Shown here: positions 19,652 through 29,536 of the stretch, in pieces | Numbering within the stretch: the first letter of the stretch is position 1 | How the letters are laid out: every line of letters starts with the position of its first letter | DNA from: Fibrobacteria bacterium | Lineage (GTDB): Bacteria > Fibrobacterota > Fibrobacteria > UBA11236 | NCBI GenBank assembly: GCA_041746255.1 | Contig: JBGTHM010000100.1 | Location: forward strand, 32,001-96,000 | Length of the DNA stretch: 64,000 nucleotides | Direction of reading: 5' to 3' | Position numbers and translations under genes: made by a program | Notes under the pieces: generated by a model | What the model was told of the DNA's origin: nothing | Databases searched by the model: none | What the model saw: the letters and a program-made list of their open reading frames with translations, nothing else

Positions 19652-20791
19652 TTATTTGGCTATGTCAGGAGGCGGTAAGGGAGGGGCCCCGGGATCCCAA
19701 CCGGGCTTTTCTTCTTCGCCGTTCAAACTCCAATATGCTGCCACTCCGCCTCCCAAGCCTAATACCGCTAGCGACACCCATAGGGCCGAATTGGCCTTTC
19801 CCAGGGATTGCGCCTTTTTGGAGCCGGCCACCGCACCCTTCTTTCCGGTTTTGGCGTTCAAAGCATCGAAAAAATCCCTCTCATAGGTAAAAAGGGACGA
19901 AACCTCTACGGATGGTTGTGCCGGCATCTGCAAAATCTGTTCTTTCCTTTCCACATCATAGTGGGATAAAAGGTAAATGAACTCACTTTCTTGCTTATAC
20001 AATCGGAAATAGAGTAATTGTCCGACACCTAACTTTTCGCCCAAGTTTATCATATTATCGTTCGATGGGACAACTGAATACTTGTTGATCTCCAGAGCTT
20101 TCAAAAGTTCCGCTTGTTCGCCTTGGTCCATGACTTGGTAATGCTGGTTTCGATAAATGTAGGTGGATACCCTTTCATGCAATACCCGGGACTGGATTGA
20201 CGGTTGGCTTAAATCAAGCACCGCGAGCGTGGTCTTGGCCGTGCCATCGCTGCGCTCCGATACCTGGGGGGAGAGTTTTTTGATCGAGGCCTGGAAAGCT
20301 TGCGCCAACAAGGGACTTCGTTCCATAAGGATATCGGTCTTCGATTCCCCTACATCCGTCCAGACCACTTGTGCCGAAGGTACGTGGAGCAGCTTCAAGG
20401 TGAACGAATTGTATTTGTCCAAAGCGGCAACCGTCCCGAACAGGACGTATTGGACTTGGAGAATATTTCCCGCATCGAAACTGCATTGAGGGGCGTTACA
20501 GGCTAAAGCCGGATTGAAATTGAATTCCCGCAATTTCCGGGCCGCCGAATCGGCCGGAAATAAATCCCACCGGCCGGATTCCACCACCAGCTTCCTGATC
20601 ATGTCGGTTACCATACCCCTGCGCTGGTTGTCGACCATGTCAACTAAATCCAGAATCGCGATGGATGGCAACGAGGATGTCGAAGCCGGTTTTCCGTCAA
20701 CCCCTACGGGGAAAAATCCCATGCACATCGCAAGGCAGGCTGCCGCAGGCAGTCGGCGGAAGCCGGTCTTATGCAATAATTTTGAGGTCAC
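19652..20791 (-). CDS. Exported protein with two CsgG/TolB-N-like alpha/beta domains and a C-terminal hydrophobic segment
   Basis: Repeated (I/L)A(I/V)LDL...G..L.V...(F/Y) units; C..PQC motif; C-terminal LWVSLAVLGLGGGVAAYW and a Pro-rich end. Start uncertain (up to 20908). Confidence 0.65.
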   Translation of the reverse strand: MTSKLLHKTGFRRLPAAACLAMCMGFFPVGVDGKPASTSSLPSIAILDLVDMVDNQRRGMVTDMIRKLVVESGRWDLFPADSAARKLREFNFNPALACNAPQCSFDAGNILQVQYVLFGTVAALDKYNSFTLKLLHVPSAQVVWTDVGESKTDILMERSPLLAQAFQASIKKLSPQVSERSDGTAKTTLAVLDLSQPSIQSRVLHERVSTYIYRNQHYQVMDQGEQAELLKALEINKYSVVPSNDNMINLGEKLGVGQLLYFRLYKQESEFIYLLSHYDVERKEQILQMPAQPSVEVSSLFTYERDFFDALNAKTGKKGAVAGSKKAQSLGKANSALWVSLAVLGLGGGVAAYWSLNGEEEKPGWDPGAPPLPPPDIAK

Positions 20792-20957
20792 AATGTGCAA
20801 GGTTCTTCTAACGTATCTAAAATAAACAAATCCTTCTAGAATTGGGCCGATTTCCTGACGCGCCGATTGATACTCACCACTCCCTGGTTTACGCAAGGCC
20901 GTTTCCAAAAAGGACTGCTTGGATTCGGATGGTTTTTTTATAGATTAGCCTCGGCTA

Positions 20958-21032
20958 GGCGACATACCCAAGTGGTAAGGGGGAGCTCTGCAAAAGCTTT
21001 ATTCAGCGGTTCGAATCCGCTTGTCGCCTCCA
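20958..21032 (+). tRNA. tRNA-Cys (GCA)
   Basis: Acceptor stem GGCGACA/TGTCGCC, anticodon loop CTGCAAA, GGTTCGAATCC T-arm, U73 and encoded CCA. Confidence 0.97.
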
Positions 21033-21063
21033 CCTCCCCATTTCAACTCGAATCGGATTAGCG

Positions 21064-21603
21064 CTAATTCAAATCGACGTGAACTTCGACGTTTTCTTCG
21101 GGAATTACTTTAACCTCAACCTGCTTTTTGGCTTTTCCGCGGGTTACGGTAAATATTCGCGATCCGGCCTCGATATTATTGATTCTCAAGGGCCCACCTT
21201 CCGTCTCCCCAATAGGCTCCCCATCAATGGAAACCCGCACATTTTTCTCAGGTTTGGTCGTCAGAGTCACTGATCCATAGGGGGTAACCAGCTTTCGCTC
21301 GATAACCAATTTTCGGTCGGGCCAGACATTCACCCTTTCCGTGATTAATTCTTCCCCATTATACATAATGGTCAGAGTGTGTCTTCCGCTGGCAAAGGAG
21401 GTATCCACGGGCGAAAGGCCCAACTTGGCACCCCCTAGGTATACCATGGCACGAGGGGGATCGGTTATGATTGATACTTCGCCCATACCGCCGCGGGGAG
21501 GTACAGCGTCCTCTTCGCTTTGCACGGAAACCGCCGCAACGGAAACCAGCAGCGCCATGGAGAATACTGTTCTAAAATTTCGCAATCGGGTAACAATAGG
21601 CAT
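21064..21603 (-). CDS. Exported PEGA-domain protein
   Basis: Signal peptide; ITDPPRAMVYLGG..GLSP..G.H; second repeat VSIDGEPIGET. Confidence 0.8.
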   Translation of the reverse strand: MPIVTRLRNFRTVFSMALLVSVAAVSVQSEEDAVPPRGGMGEVSIITDPPRAMVYLGGAKLGLSPVDTSFASGRHTLTIMYNGEELITERVNVWPDRKLVIERKLVTPYGSVTLTTKPEKNVRVSIDGEPIGETEGGPLRINNIEAGSRIFTVTRGKAKKQVEVKVIPEENVEVHVDLN

Positions 21604-21713
21604 GCCTACCTCCAGAACAATCGGGTTAAATCAGTGACCCCTACAATATACATCCGGATGAATTTCCGCATGATAAGGAATGCATTTTTCGTAAAAGCGG
21701 TTAAAAGGACTCT

Positions 21714-23546
21714 CTAAAAGGCTTGAGCCAAGTCCAAAACCCACTGGCTTTGGCCCTCGAGTCGGGGGTCCCAAGCATAATCCAGCCGGAGATTGAAAAT
21801 TGAGAGCAGATTATATCGCACCCCTAACCCCAAAGCCAATCCAACTCCTTCGGGATGAATGGCTTTGCCAACAGGCCAAACAGAACCATAATCCACGAAA
21901 GGTACCCATTGAAATTGGCTAATATGCCTCAAATAGCTATCCCTTCCTACCCATCCGGGTGGAATCGGCTGGAACCTCCATTCGAATGAGCCCAGTCCGT
22001 ACATCGGCTCCAAGTCGCTTTCGCAACCCACTTCAACCTGCAGGCGCGGACAAAGCCTCCGCCAACCGTAACTGCGAACACTGCGAGGCCCCCCCAGAAA
22101 AAATCGTTGTGAATTGAGTCCCCCCTTTTCGAAGAAACGGCCCCCTTCTAGCCTGACGGCAACCCCGAACGGAAGATAGGCCGCAATTTTTGACTCCACC
22201 CAATTATGCCGGAAGTCGTAAAATTGGAGATTGCCTTTTCTAATCAAAGGGCCACCGTTACCCCAGGTCAAGGAGGTGCGCCATCCCGACGTTGGACTAA
22301 ACAGGTTATCCAGCACGGTGAGGAAGGCGGAATTGATATAATTGAGATTGACACCGCGAATGCGCGAATTGTCCCCACGAAGCTGGCTTTCGCCTCGAAG
22401 CTCCGTGCTACTGATAAGACGGGCGAAACGGGAAAAACTTCGCGACAATTGGGCGTCGTTCGCAATCTCAAAATCCCCGTCATAAAGTCCGCGATGGTAA
22501 GCCTGCCCCTGATCCTGATACCAGTTCATATACAGATCGTTGTCGAAACGAACACTGGTCCCGAAAAAAAGCGGTGAACCATACCCCAAGCTATGGCTTT
22601 GGCGCCTTTGGGCAAAAGAGATCCCCCATTTACCCTCATGCATCCTGCCGGCCAGATTGTAATGCCTCCACTCTAAGGAAACTCCCGGGCCGTATTGGGT
22701 TTCATAAAACAAACCAGCCTGCAATTCGCCTGGAAATGCTTCTTCGGCCTTTAAAACCAGAGCGCTCCGTCCTTCAGCGTTCTCAAGAACGGAATCCCTG
22801 ACTTGCACATAGTTGAAAATTCCTGTTGACCGGAGTTTTTTCTCCAGTTCCGCGACTGCTTCGGCGCTGACGGTATCTCCTCGGCGAAGGCCCAACAGAG
22901 AGCGGAAAACCACGGGATTGGTCAGTCCCGCCTTCGTATGCTGCGCCCCCTCCCTACTATTGGCCACCATGAGAGTGTCGAAAACCACCAGATTTCCGGG
23001 ATTAACCTTGTAGTTGACGCGAACGGAATGGGACTGCGATACAAGGGCTATATCTTCGGCCACCCTGGCATGAACGTAACCTTTGTTTCCATATACTCTG
23101 GCGATGAGCCTGCGATCCCGGTAAATTCCCTCTAATTCGAATGGCTCTCCGCTAATGGCTTCCAATGCGTCCAAATCGATGAGGACAGGCGCACCATCCC
23201 CCACGGTAACCTCGATTCCCGCGAACCGGTATCGAATTCCCTCGGTCACCCTGAACACCAACGCTTTTCCGGATCCGCTCTCCCTGCCCGGACCTGCTTC
23301 GCTTTCCACCTTGACGTCAAAAAAGCCCCTGTCCGCATAGAGCGCTGCCAGGACCTCCTCTGCGCGGATTTCCCAGTCACGCCATTCTGCCTCGCTTAGC
23401 GAATCCGATATGCGGGGGGCATGCAATTCCGAACGCAATCGTTTCGAATCGAAGTATTGGTTTCCTTCGAACCGGATGATCCTTTCGGCCCGCACCAAAC
23501 TCGGCAGAAAAAGCGCCAGGATTGCGACAATCGTTACATTCACCAT
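21714..23546 (-). CDS. Omp85 family outer-membrane assembly factor (TamA-like)
   Basis: POTRA-like repeats (IRFEGN, YADRGF, YGNKGY), FFLGGPRSVRSY, FVDYG, GLGVRY, C-terminal AQAF. Confidence 0.88.
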   Translation of the reverse strand: MVNVTIVAILALFLPSLVRAERIIRFEGNQYFDSKRLRSELHAPRISDSLSEAEWRDWEIRAEEVLAALYADRGFFDVKVESEAGPGRESGSGKALVFRVTEGIRYRFAGIEVTVGDGAPVLIDLDALEAISGEPFELEGIYRDRRLIARVYGNKGYVHARVAEDIALVSQSHSVRVNYKVNPGNLVVFDTLMVANSREGAQHTKAGLTNPVVFRSLLGLRRGDTVSAEAVAELEKKLRSTGIFNYVQVRDSVLENAEGRSALVLKAEEAFPGELQAGLFYETQYGPGVSLEWRHYNLAGRMHEGKWGISFAQRRQSHSLGYGSPLFFGTSVRFDNDLYMNWYQDQGQAYHRGLYDGDFEIANDAQLSRSFSRFARLISSTELRGESQLRGDNSRIRGVNLNYINSAFLTVLDNLFSPTSGWRTSLTWGNGGPLIRKGNLQFYDFRHNWVESKIAAYLPFGVAVRLEGGRFFEKGGLNSQRFFLGGPRSVRSYGWRRLCPRLQVEVGCESDLEPMYGLGSFEWRFQPIPPGWVGRDSYLRHISQFQWVPFVDYGSVWPVGKAIHPEGVGLALGLGVRYNLLSIFNLRLDYAWDPRLEGQSQWVLDLAQAF

Positions 23547-26500
23547 AGTTCCCAAAACTTGTAACGGTAGCGTAACCCCACTTGTCGGTTCACCCTTTCC
23601 CCGTCCTGATCCCTCCGCAAATTTTTAGGCATGGTTTCCACGGCGGCCTCCACACGAAATCGATCTTTCACGCGAGCTTGCCATTTGGGGTCATTCGACC
23701 ATTCCGCTACGGGCGGCCGCCATTGAATCGCAAGGCGATGCTCCCACGGACGGTTGCTGGGATCGTCGGATCGATATCCCGACTTGGCCCGGACGCTCAT
23801 ACGCATAAACTCCCGTGATTCCAATTCCAACGATAAAGCTTCCGACAACCCCGAAGTATCCGCAACCTCTCCCTTTTCCCCTCCCATCATGGCGCCCAAA
23901 CCCGTGACTTGCACCGTTTGAATCCAATTCCCGCTCATTTTTTCCACTACTCTGGAGAGATTACGGTTCAAGGTCGGCTCCAGCAACGATAAAACGGTTT
24001 CACCGTACCCTCCTCCTTCGGTGGATACGAAACAGCCGCGGCGCACCGAATTGAGCATGTCCGGTATGGTAACGGCCTCACCTAGACCGGCGCCACAGTC
24101 GCTGTCATACCCGAAATCAATTTTTTGCAAAGTCCCATGCAGCGATACAAATACCCTGCAAGAATCGGATGCCCGTGGACGACAATCCGCCGCGAGGGTT
24201 TTATCTCCATCCACGGAAATTTCCCCGTCTTCAACCCGGGAATTACGCCAGTTTACCGCGAAGTTTCGAATATCATATGCCTGATTCCGTTGTCCCAATT
24301 CTCCCTTGAGAGCCGAAACCTCACCGGTAACCAATGAATAGGGGTAGGTACCCCTGACCCTTACCCCGCCGGTGAATTGTAGTCTAATCACATCCGATTC
24401 AATCCGGTTACCGGATCCAATGGCGTCCAAATCCACCGATAGATGCATGGGTTTAACCTTTTGTCGACCATCTTGTTTTTTTCGTTTCACGAAAAAAGAT
24501 TGGATTTCCTGAATATCGAAGCGATGGGTAAAAAGCGAATTTTCGAGGCGGGCCTTAAGCTGCAGGGTAGGGACTGGAGACAATACCGGAACCGATCCGT
24601 TACGGGGTCGTTCATAGGAAACGGACGCCTCCCCCAATTCACTACGAAACCTTACCCCCCCTTGGCCGCCCCGTAACCTGACGCGGGAAGCCTGCGCCTC
24701 GGCCCGCAGATATTCATCCTGCATATGCAAAGTGGCGCGGATTTCCGCCAGTCGCAATTCCTCTACCCCCGCCAGCTTCAGGTTCAAGCCGTCGCCTTCC
24801 AGGTTAGCCGTCAACAGTCTATCGACGAGCCGGTACTCTGCCGCGCCACGGAGGGAATTACCGACCTGGTTGCGGACTATCGCGTCCTCGAGCTTCAGTC
24901 GGCTGTCATGTAATCTAAGCTTCGCCGAAACCATTTGGGTATCCAGCGGAGCCACCAGATATCGACCATATACATCGCCGTCACCTTGCGCACGGAGCCA
25001 AGGCGCGCTGCCCCAAAGAGGCGAGCTGATACGCGCCGTAAGGAGCAAATCACGGATTTCACCGCTATTTTCCGGCAATGGCAGATTACCCGAAAGTGTC
25101 GCCAAACCCGACACATTCCGCCAGGCATCGGAGGTCCCGTCAAACTGGAGGTGCAAACCGTTCCCATCGGCCTTGAGTTTGATTTGCTGATGCTCGCTCA
25201 ACGGTCCGATAACACTCAGTTCCACGGTATCATTGAGAATTTCGTAGCGGCGTGAGTGTAGTTGGGTGGAGAGCGACAGAGTATCGCCACGGCCTTTCAA
25301 AGTAACCTGCATGGGTATGAACCATTCCTCCAAACCCACGAGGTGAAATTGCTGAAAACGGTAATCCCCCGAGAATTGGCCGTGCGCATCCGTGTTCTCC
25401 GCAGCCGTATAATCCATGCGGCCATCTATACGCCCGGAGAGTAATGGGGATTCAGGAAGAAAGGCTCCGAGGAAAGCACGCATATCCAGGGATTGGAAGG
25501 AGACGCTGGCATAGCGAATATCTTCCGGCCTGACTTGTTTCCAATTCAGAAGTGCGGCACGGGGTAACCCGAGGGAGCCCTCACCTTCGGCCCGGGAATA
25601 GGCGAACCCGACGGAAATCTTATCAATGTTCAGGACCGCCTCGTTCCAGCGCCCTTTGAAGGTCCCATCCCACTCCATCCCGGAATGCCGCGCGAATCCC
25701 TGCACATCGGCTTCGGCTTTTTCCTCTTCGACATCGATATCCACCGTACCCGAAAGTCGTGGCTGATAGCTATCCCACTTCCGGAGAAATCGAAAGGGAA
25801 CCTTCTCCACATGCAAAGCCTCCGCGTCGAATTGATAACGTGTCAGCGAGGGCATGGCGAAACTCAATTTTCCGAGCCCGGGACTTTGCGCGGAGAATTC
25901 CAGCGAAACCGGACGCATACCTCTGCCGTCCCAACCGGTGGAGTGTAAGCCCCACCGGACTTCGCCATTTCCCTGCCAGACCACGCCTTTTCCGAAAACC
26001 CGCCCCAAGTCCAACCGGTAGCTTTTTGCATCTATGGTCTGCTCGGCATAGGCAGAATCCGCATAGCTTCCATAGGCGGTTGGTTGACGCAACCAAGCCG
26101 AAACTTTCACCTTTTTATCCGCATACCTCCCTTGCACCCCCCCGCTTTGGAAAGTCACGTTGGTGTCGTTGGTCCAGGCAAGCGCCCAGGGTTCAGATGG
26201 CGATACCGTTCCATGAAAATCGGTTTGCCATCCCATTTTGGTATAGGCCGTTCCCTGCAACTCGGAACCCGCTCCGGTTTTGACATCAAAATCAAGCACA
26301 CCACCCGACCGCAACGAAAGCCGACGGAACTCCGCATCGCCCGGCAGGATAAATCCGGCTATATCGAACTCATAGTCGCTTACCGAACCGGTCAACTCAC
26401 CTTGTAAGTCGAGCGAATCCGGCCAATCATTCCATTGGAATCTCTGGAGAAACCCCGACAGACGAAACGCTCCCCGGGTAACCCCCTTCCCTTCCAAGTT

Positions 26501-27439
26501 GATCCGGAATACGCTATCCGCCCGTATCCGCGCCGAGACACGGTGTTCCCCCAAACTTGAGATTGAAGGCGTGATTCTCGCCTGAAAATCAGCGATTAGG
26601 CTATCGACTTCCCCCTGAACCATTATCGCCTCAGCACGGAAGTCCCTGACCTCGGGCAAGTTCCCGGCTTCGGCGCTGTCGTTAAAAAAAACCGTGAAGG
26701 GTGAAAGCGTGGGCAGGCTTATCCGCACCGTGTCCCGACTTTGCAGCAAATCCTGCCGGCGTCGGGATCCGCTAATATTCAGCGTGGCGCGATCATGCCT
26801 GGCATCTCCGGCATAATAGATACGGTTCAGAGCGCTCCAGTCCAACTCCACGCGCACAGAAGGCGTCATTTTTTCCACCCGCGAATCGGATACTCCCGCG
26901 GCCTCGAAACGGATTCGAGTGGGTTGACGGGACGAAATCAGAAGTTCATCTATCCACTGCCGTGCCTCTGAACCGCTTGCAACCTTTAGGGAGCGGATTC
27001 GCACGGAGAAGGGAAAGGGAATTCGGACCAACGGAAACGAGATTTTATCGATAATCTCCTTAGGGTCCTTAGGATCGGTTTCGCGCTCTTCCCAATCTAC
27101 CCGCATCGATGCAACTGTCATGGACAGTGCCGGCTTCAGGGCCAGCAGGCTTTCCCATAAATCCACACCCGCAGAGACTCCGGCGGCAGCCGCGTGAACC
27201 CGGCTACCCGTAAAGAGCAATGTGTCGGCTGAGAAGTGGAATGCAGGGGATACTTTGGCTCGTCGAATTTCAAGGGAGTAAACTCCCAGGCTGCGTTTCC
27301 CCTCGACCAAGGAAGGCAGCCAAAATCCAATACCCAACCAGGCCAGTACCAGGGTAGCGCCCAATACCGCAAAAAGCGGCCTAAAGCGGAATACTTTGGT
27401 CTTTTGCGGCATTTTCCGTCGCTGGATATCTGAACTCAA
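23540..27439 (-). CDS. TamB/AsmA-like translocation and assembly module protein
   Basis: N-terminal TM anchor; long beta-rich body; FTGGVRVRGT..VTGEV; ends VGLRYRYKF; directly upstream of the Omp85 gene. Confidence 0.75.
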   Translation of the reverse strand: MSSDIQRRKMPQKTKVFRFRPLFAVLGATLVLAWLGIGFWLPSLVEGKRSLGVYSLEIRRAKVSPAFHFSADTLLFTGSRVHAAAAGVSAGVDLWESLLALKPALSMTVASMRVDWEERETDPKDPKEIIDKISFPLVRIPFPFSVRIRSLKVASGSEARQWIDELLISSRQPTRIRFEAAGVSDSRVEKMTPSVRVELDWSALNRIYYAGDARHDRATLNISGSRRRQDLLQSRDTVRISLPTLSPFTVFFNDSAEAGNLPEVRDFRAEAIMVQGEVDSLIADFQARITPSISSLGEHRVSARIRADSVFRINLEGKGVTRGAFRLSGFLQRFQWNDWPDSLDLQGELTGSVSDYEFDIAGFILPGDAEFRRLSLRSGGVLDFDVKTGAGSELQGTAYTKMGWQTDFHGTVSPSEPWALAWTNDTNVTFQSGGVQGRYADKKVKVSAWLRQPTAYGSYADSAYAEQTIDAKSYRLDLGRVFGKGVVWQGNGEVRWGLHSTGWDGRGMRPVSLEFSAQSPGLGKLSFAMPSLTRYQFDAEALHVEKVPFRFLRKWDSYQPRLSGTVDIDVEEEKAEADVQGFARHSGMEWDGTFKGRWNEAVLNIDKISVGFAYSRAEGEGSLGLPRAALLNWKQVRPEDIRYASVSFQSLDMRAFLGAFLPESPLLSGRIDGRMDYTAAENTDAHGQFSGDYRFQQFHLVGLEEWFIPMQVTLKGRGDTLSLSTQLHSRRYEILNDTVELSVIGPLSEHQQIKLKADGNGLHLQFDGTSDAWRNVSGLATLSGNLPLPENSGEIRDLLLTARISSPLWGSAPWLRAQGDGDVYGRYLVAPLDTQMVSAKLRLHDSRLKLEDAIVRNQVGNSLRGAAEYRLVDRLLTANLEGDGLNLKLAGVEELRLAEIRATLHMQDEYLRAEAQASRVRLRGGQGGVRFRSELGEASVSYERPRNGSVPVLSPVPTLQLKARLENSLFTHRFDIQEIQSFFVKRKKQDGRQKVKPMHLSVDLDAIGSGNRIESDVIRLQFTGGVRVRGTYPYSLVTGEVSALKGELGQRNQAYDIRNFAVNWRNSRVEDGEISVDGDKTLAADCRPRASDSCRVFVSLHGTLQKIDFGYDSDCGAGLGEAVTIPDMLNSVRRGCFVSTEGGGYGETVLSLLEPTLNRNLSRVVEKMSGNWIQTVQVTGLGAMMGGEKGEVADTSGLSEALSLELESREFMRMSVRAKSGYRSDDPSNRPWEHRLAIQWRPPVAEWSNDPKWQARVKDRFRVEAAVETMPKNLRRDQDGERVNRQVGLRYRYKFWELW

Positions 27440-27529
27440 CTGGGGAAAACCAGCCCGGCTTTAAGCTTGCAGCTTCCCTTCGGAGCTGACCAGATTCTAT
27501 AATCTAATATTATCCCGAACCGGACCATC

Positions 27530-27880
27530 ATGAACCTACCCACAAAATTGAAACTGGCCGTAGCCCTCAAATACAAATTCAAGGAAGATGTGGCTCCCAT
27601 GGTGTTAGCGACCGGACAGGGTAGACTTGCGGAAGCCATTTTGGCAAAAGCCAGGGAATCCGATGTACCCGTGCACGAAAACGGTCCTTTGGCGGAAGCA
27701 CTCAGCCAAGTTGAAACCGGACACGCGGTTCCAGAAGAGCTTTTCGAGCTGGTTGCACAAGTCATGGCCATGATTTATAATATTGACGCTAAGCTGAATA
27801 AGGAAATGACAGCCGCAGCGGTAAACCACCGTATGGATCCAGCCGATCCGAATCCGGATCCCCGCGCGGTGCGAGGATAG
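27530..27880 (+). CDS. Stand-alone FlhB C-terminal-like protein (FlhX/YlqH, EscU/YscU family)
   Basis: AVALKY..AP.VLATG.G.LAE.I...A....VPVHEN..LA..L....VPEELFELVAQV. Confidence 0.88.
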   Translation: MNLPTKLKLAVALKYKFKEDVAPMVLATGQGRLAEAILAKARESDVPVHENGPLAEALSQVETGHAVPEELFELVAQVMAMIYNIDAKLNKEMTAAAVNHRMDPADPNPDPRAVRG

Positions 27881-27907
27881 TGGCGAAAAAAAACGAAGGA
27901 CAAGCAG

Positions 27908-28396
27908 TTGCAAACCGAAACTTCCTCATCCGCCCTATATGATGTCAAGCTGCCCAGCGATTTGGATTATATCCCTCCCCTACGCCAATTTATTTCGGAA
28001 ATCGCCAAGATAGAAGGATTTCCCAAGAAATTCTGCTTCCGCACGGAAATCCTGGTGGATGAGCTTTGTTCAAATGCCATCATTCATGGTTCGCAGGACA
28101 TCCAGAGTCGTGTCGCCCTCATCGCCGAGTTCGTGAAGGACGAGCTTCGGCTCTCCGTCCAGGACCAGGGAGGTTCACAGCCCAACGTAGACAACCTGAA
28201 AAGGGCGGTCTCCTCGGTAAAACCTGCAAGCCCGTCCAAACTGGGAAAGGGTATGGTCATTGTACAGATGTTGAGCAATGAACTGAAACTCAAGCTTGAT
28301 GACAACGGTAAAACTGAAGTCCATGTGGTTCGTCGCCGCGACATGGACGACAGCCCGGCCTTCCGAGAAACCCCTATTCCTGATCGGGACCAATGA
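27908..28396 (+). CDS. RsbW/SpoIIAB-type anti-sigma kinase (HATPase_c)
   Basis: ELCSNAIIHG, VQDQG, GKGMVIV; TTG start. Confidence 0.85.
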   Translation: MQTETSSSALYDVKLPSDLDYIPPLRQFISEIAKIEGFPKKFCFRTEILVDELCSNAIIHGSQDIQSRVALIAEFVKDELRLSVQDQGGSQPNVDNLKRAVSSVKPASPSKLGKGMVIVQMLSNELKLKLDDNGKTEVHVVRRRDMDDSPAFRETPIPDRDQ

Positions 28397-29172
28397 AAAT
28401 TACGCAGCAGGTTAGCCCATTCGATGATAAAATCGTACTCTTGCATTTCGAAGGCGACTTGAACGCCACCGACTGCAAGCAGACCAGTGTCCTTTTTCAG
28501 GAAATCATCGATTCGAAGCGATATTTCATTATGGCCATCATGGAGCAGGTAACATTCATTTCCTCCCCCTTCCTGGGTGAACTGATGGGGTGCAAGCTCC
28601 GGCTGGTCGAAAAGGGAGGCAATCTGGTCATCGTCGGTTTAAACTACGATCAACGCGAAAAATTAATTATGATGGGCGCGGACCATATCTTCAAATTTTA
28701 TCCCGACACCCATACCGCCTATAATCAATTTCAATGGGACTATAATGACGGAGTGCAGATACTCCAACTCACCGTTCCTCCCAAAATGCATGTGGTACCC
28801 GCCATGCGTCGGCTGATTTCGGGTATCGCCCGGCAAAAGGGCTATTCCTCCAAGGATGCGTTCCGGATCGAAACCATAGTGGACGAAATCGCCAACAATG
28901 CCATAGAACATGGTGACAAGACTCAAGCGGATATCGACCTGGAGTTACGCATTGGAAAGACCAAGGTTGAAGTTCTGATCCGAAATAAGACCAGTACCGA
29001 AAAGGTGCGGAACCTGGAAAACGCAGTCAGCCAAGGCCAACAGGCTATTCAGCAGGACAGTACGCGAGGGCGCGGCTTAGCTCTGGTCAAGTTGATCAGC
29101 AATGCCATTGACGTTTCCTTCGATAATAATGGAACTTTCATCAGGATAACGAAAAACCGGGGAGATGGCTGA
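28393..29172 (+). CDS. STAS domain fused to RsbW-type HATPase
   Basis: FEGDL, VTFISS (STAS), then EIANNAIEHG and RGRGLALV. Confidence 0.85.
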   Translation: MKITQQVSPFDDKIVLLHFEGDLNATDCKQTSVLFQEIIDSKRYFIMAIMEQVTFISSPFLGELMGCKLRLVEKGGNLVIVGLNYDQREKLIMMGADHIFKFYPDTHTAYNQFQWDYNDGVQILQLTVPPKMHVVPAMRRLISGIARQKGYSSKDAFRIETIVDEIANNAIEHGDKTQADIDLELRIGKTKVEVLIRNKTSTEKVRNLENAVSQGQQAIQQDSTRGRGLALVKLISNAIDVSFDNNGTFIRITKNRGDG

Positions 29173-29536
29173 CATGGACACCCAAATCGAATTGCAAATT
29201 TCCGATCTGCCCAACTTGCCAAACGGTAAGCTCATCAAATTCGTGGGAGACCTCGACGCAACCAACGTCGAGTCCACTTTGGATCAGGTGACCCGACTCA
29301 TCCGGGAGGGTTATGTCAATATGGTGGCGGATTTCAGCAATCTCCGCTACGTCAACAGTACCGGCCTGGGAATTTTACTTCATTTCAGCAAGACTTCACG
29401 GGAAAAGGGCGGACGGTTCCGTATCGCCAATGTGAACGACAACGTCTACGAAATTATCGAAATCATCGGCGCCAACACGCTCCTCGATATTTACGAAAGC
29501 GTCAACGACGCGATTGCCTCCTTCTCGCAAACCTGA
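29165..29536 (+). CDS. STAS anti-anti-sigma factor (RsbV/SpoIIAA-like)
   Basis: GDLD, DFSNLRYVNSTGLGIL. Confidence 0.9.
   Translation: MADMDTQIELQISDLPNLPNGKLIKFVGDLDATNVESTLDQVTRLIREGYVNMVADFSNLRYVNSTGLGILLHFSKTSREKGGRFRIANVNDNVYEIIEIIGANTLLDIYESVNDAIASFSQT

Noticed and set aside
18906..19886. 326-aa Gly/Arg-rich plus-strand ORF
   Set aside because: Mirror image of the Pro-rich coding region on the minus strand.
20958..21032. tRNA-Cys or tRNA-Gly as an island integration site
   Set aside because: No integrase and no duplicated tRNA 3' end; the 11-nt TTCGAATCCGC match near 62088 lies inside yicC and is compatible with chance.
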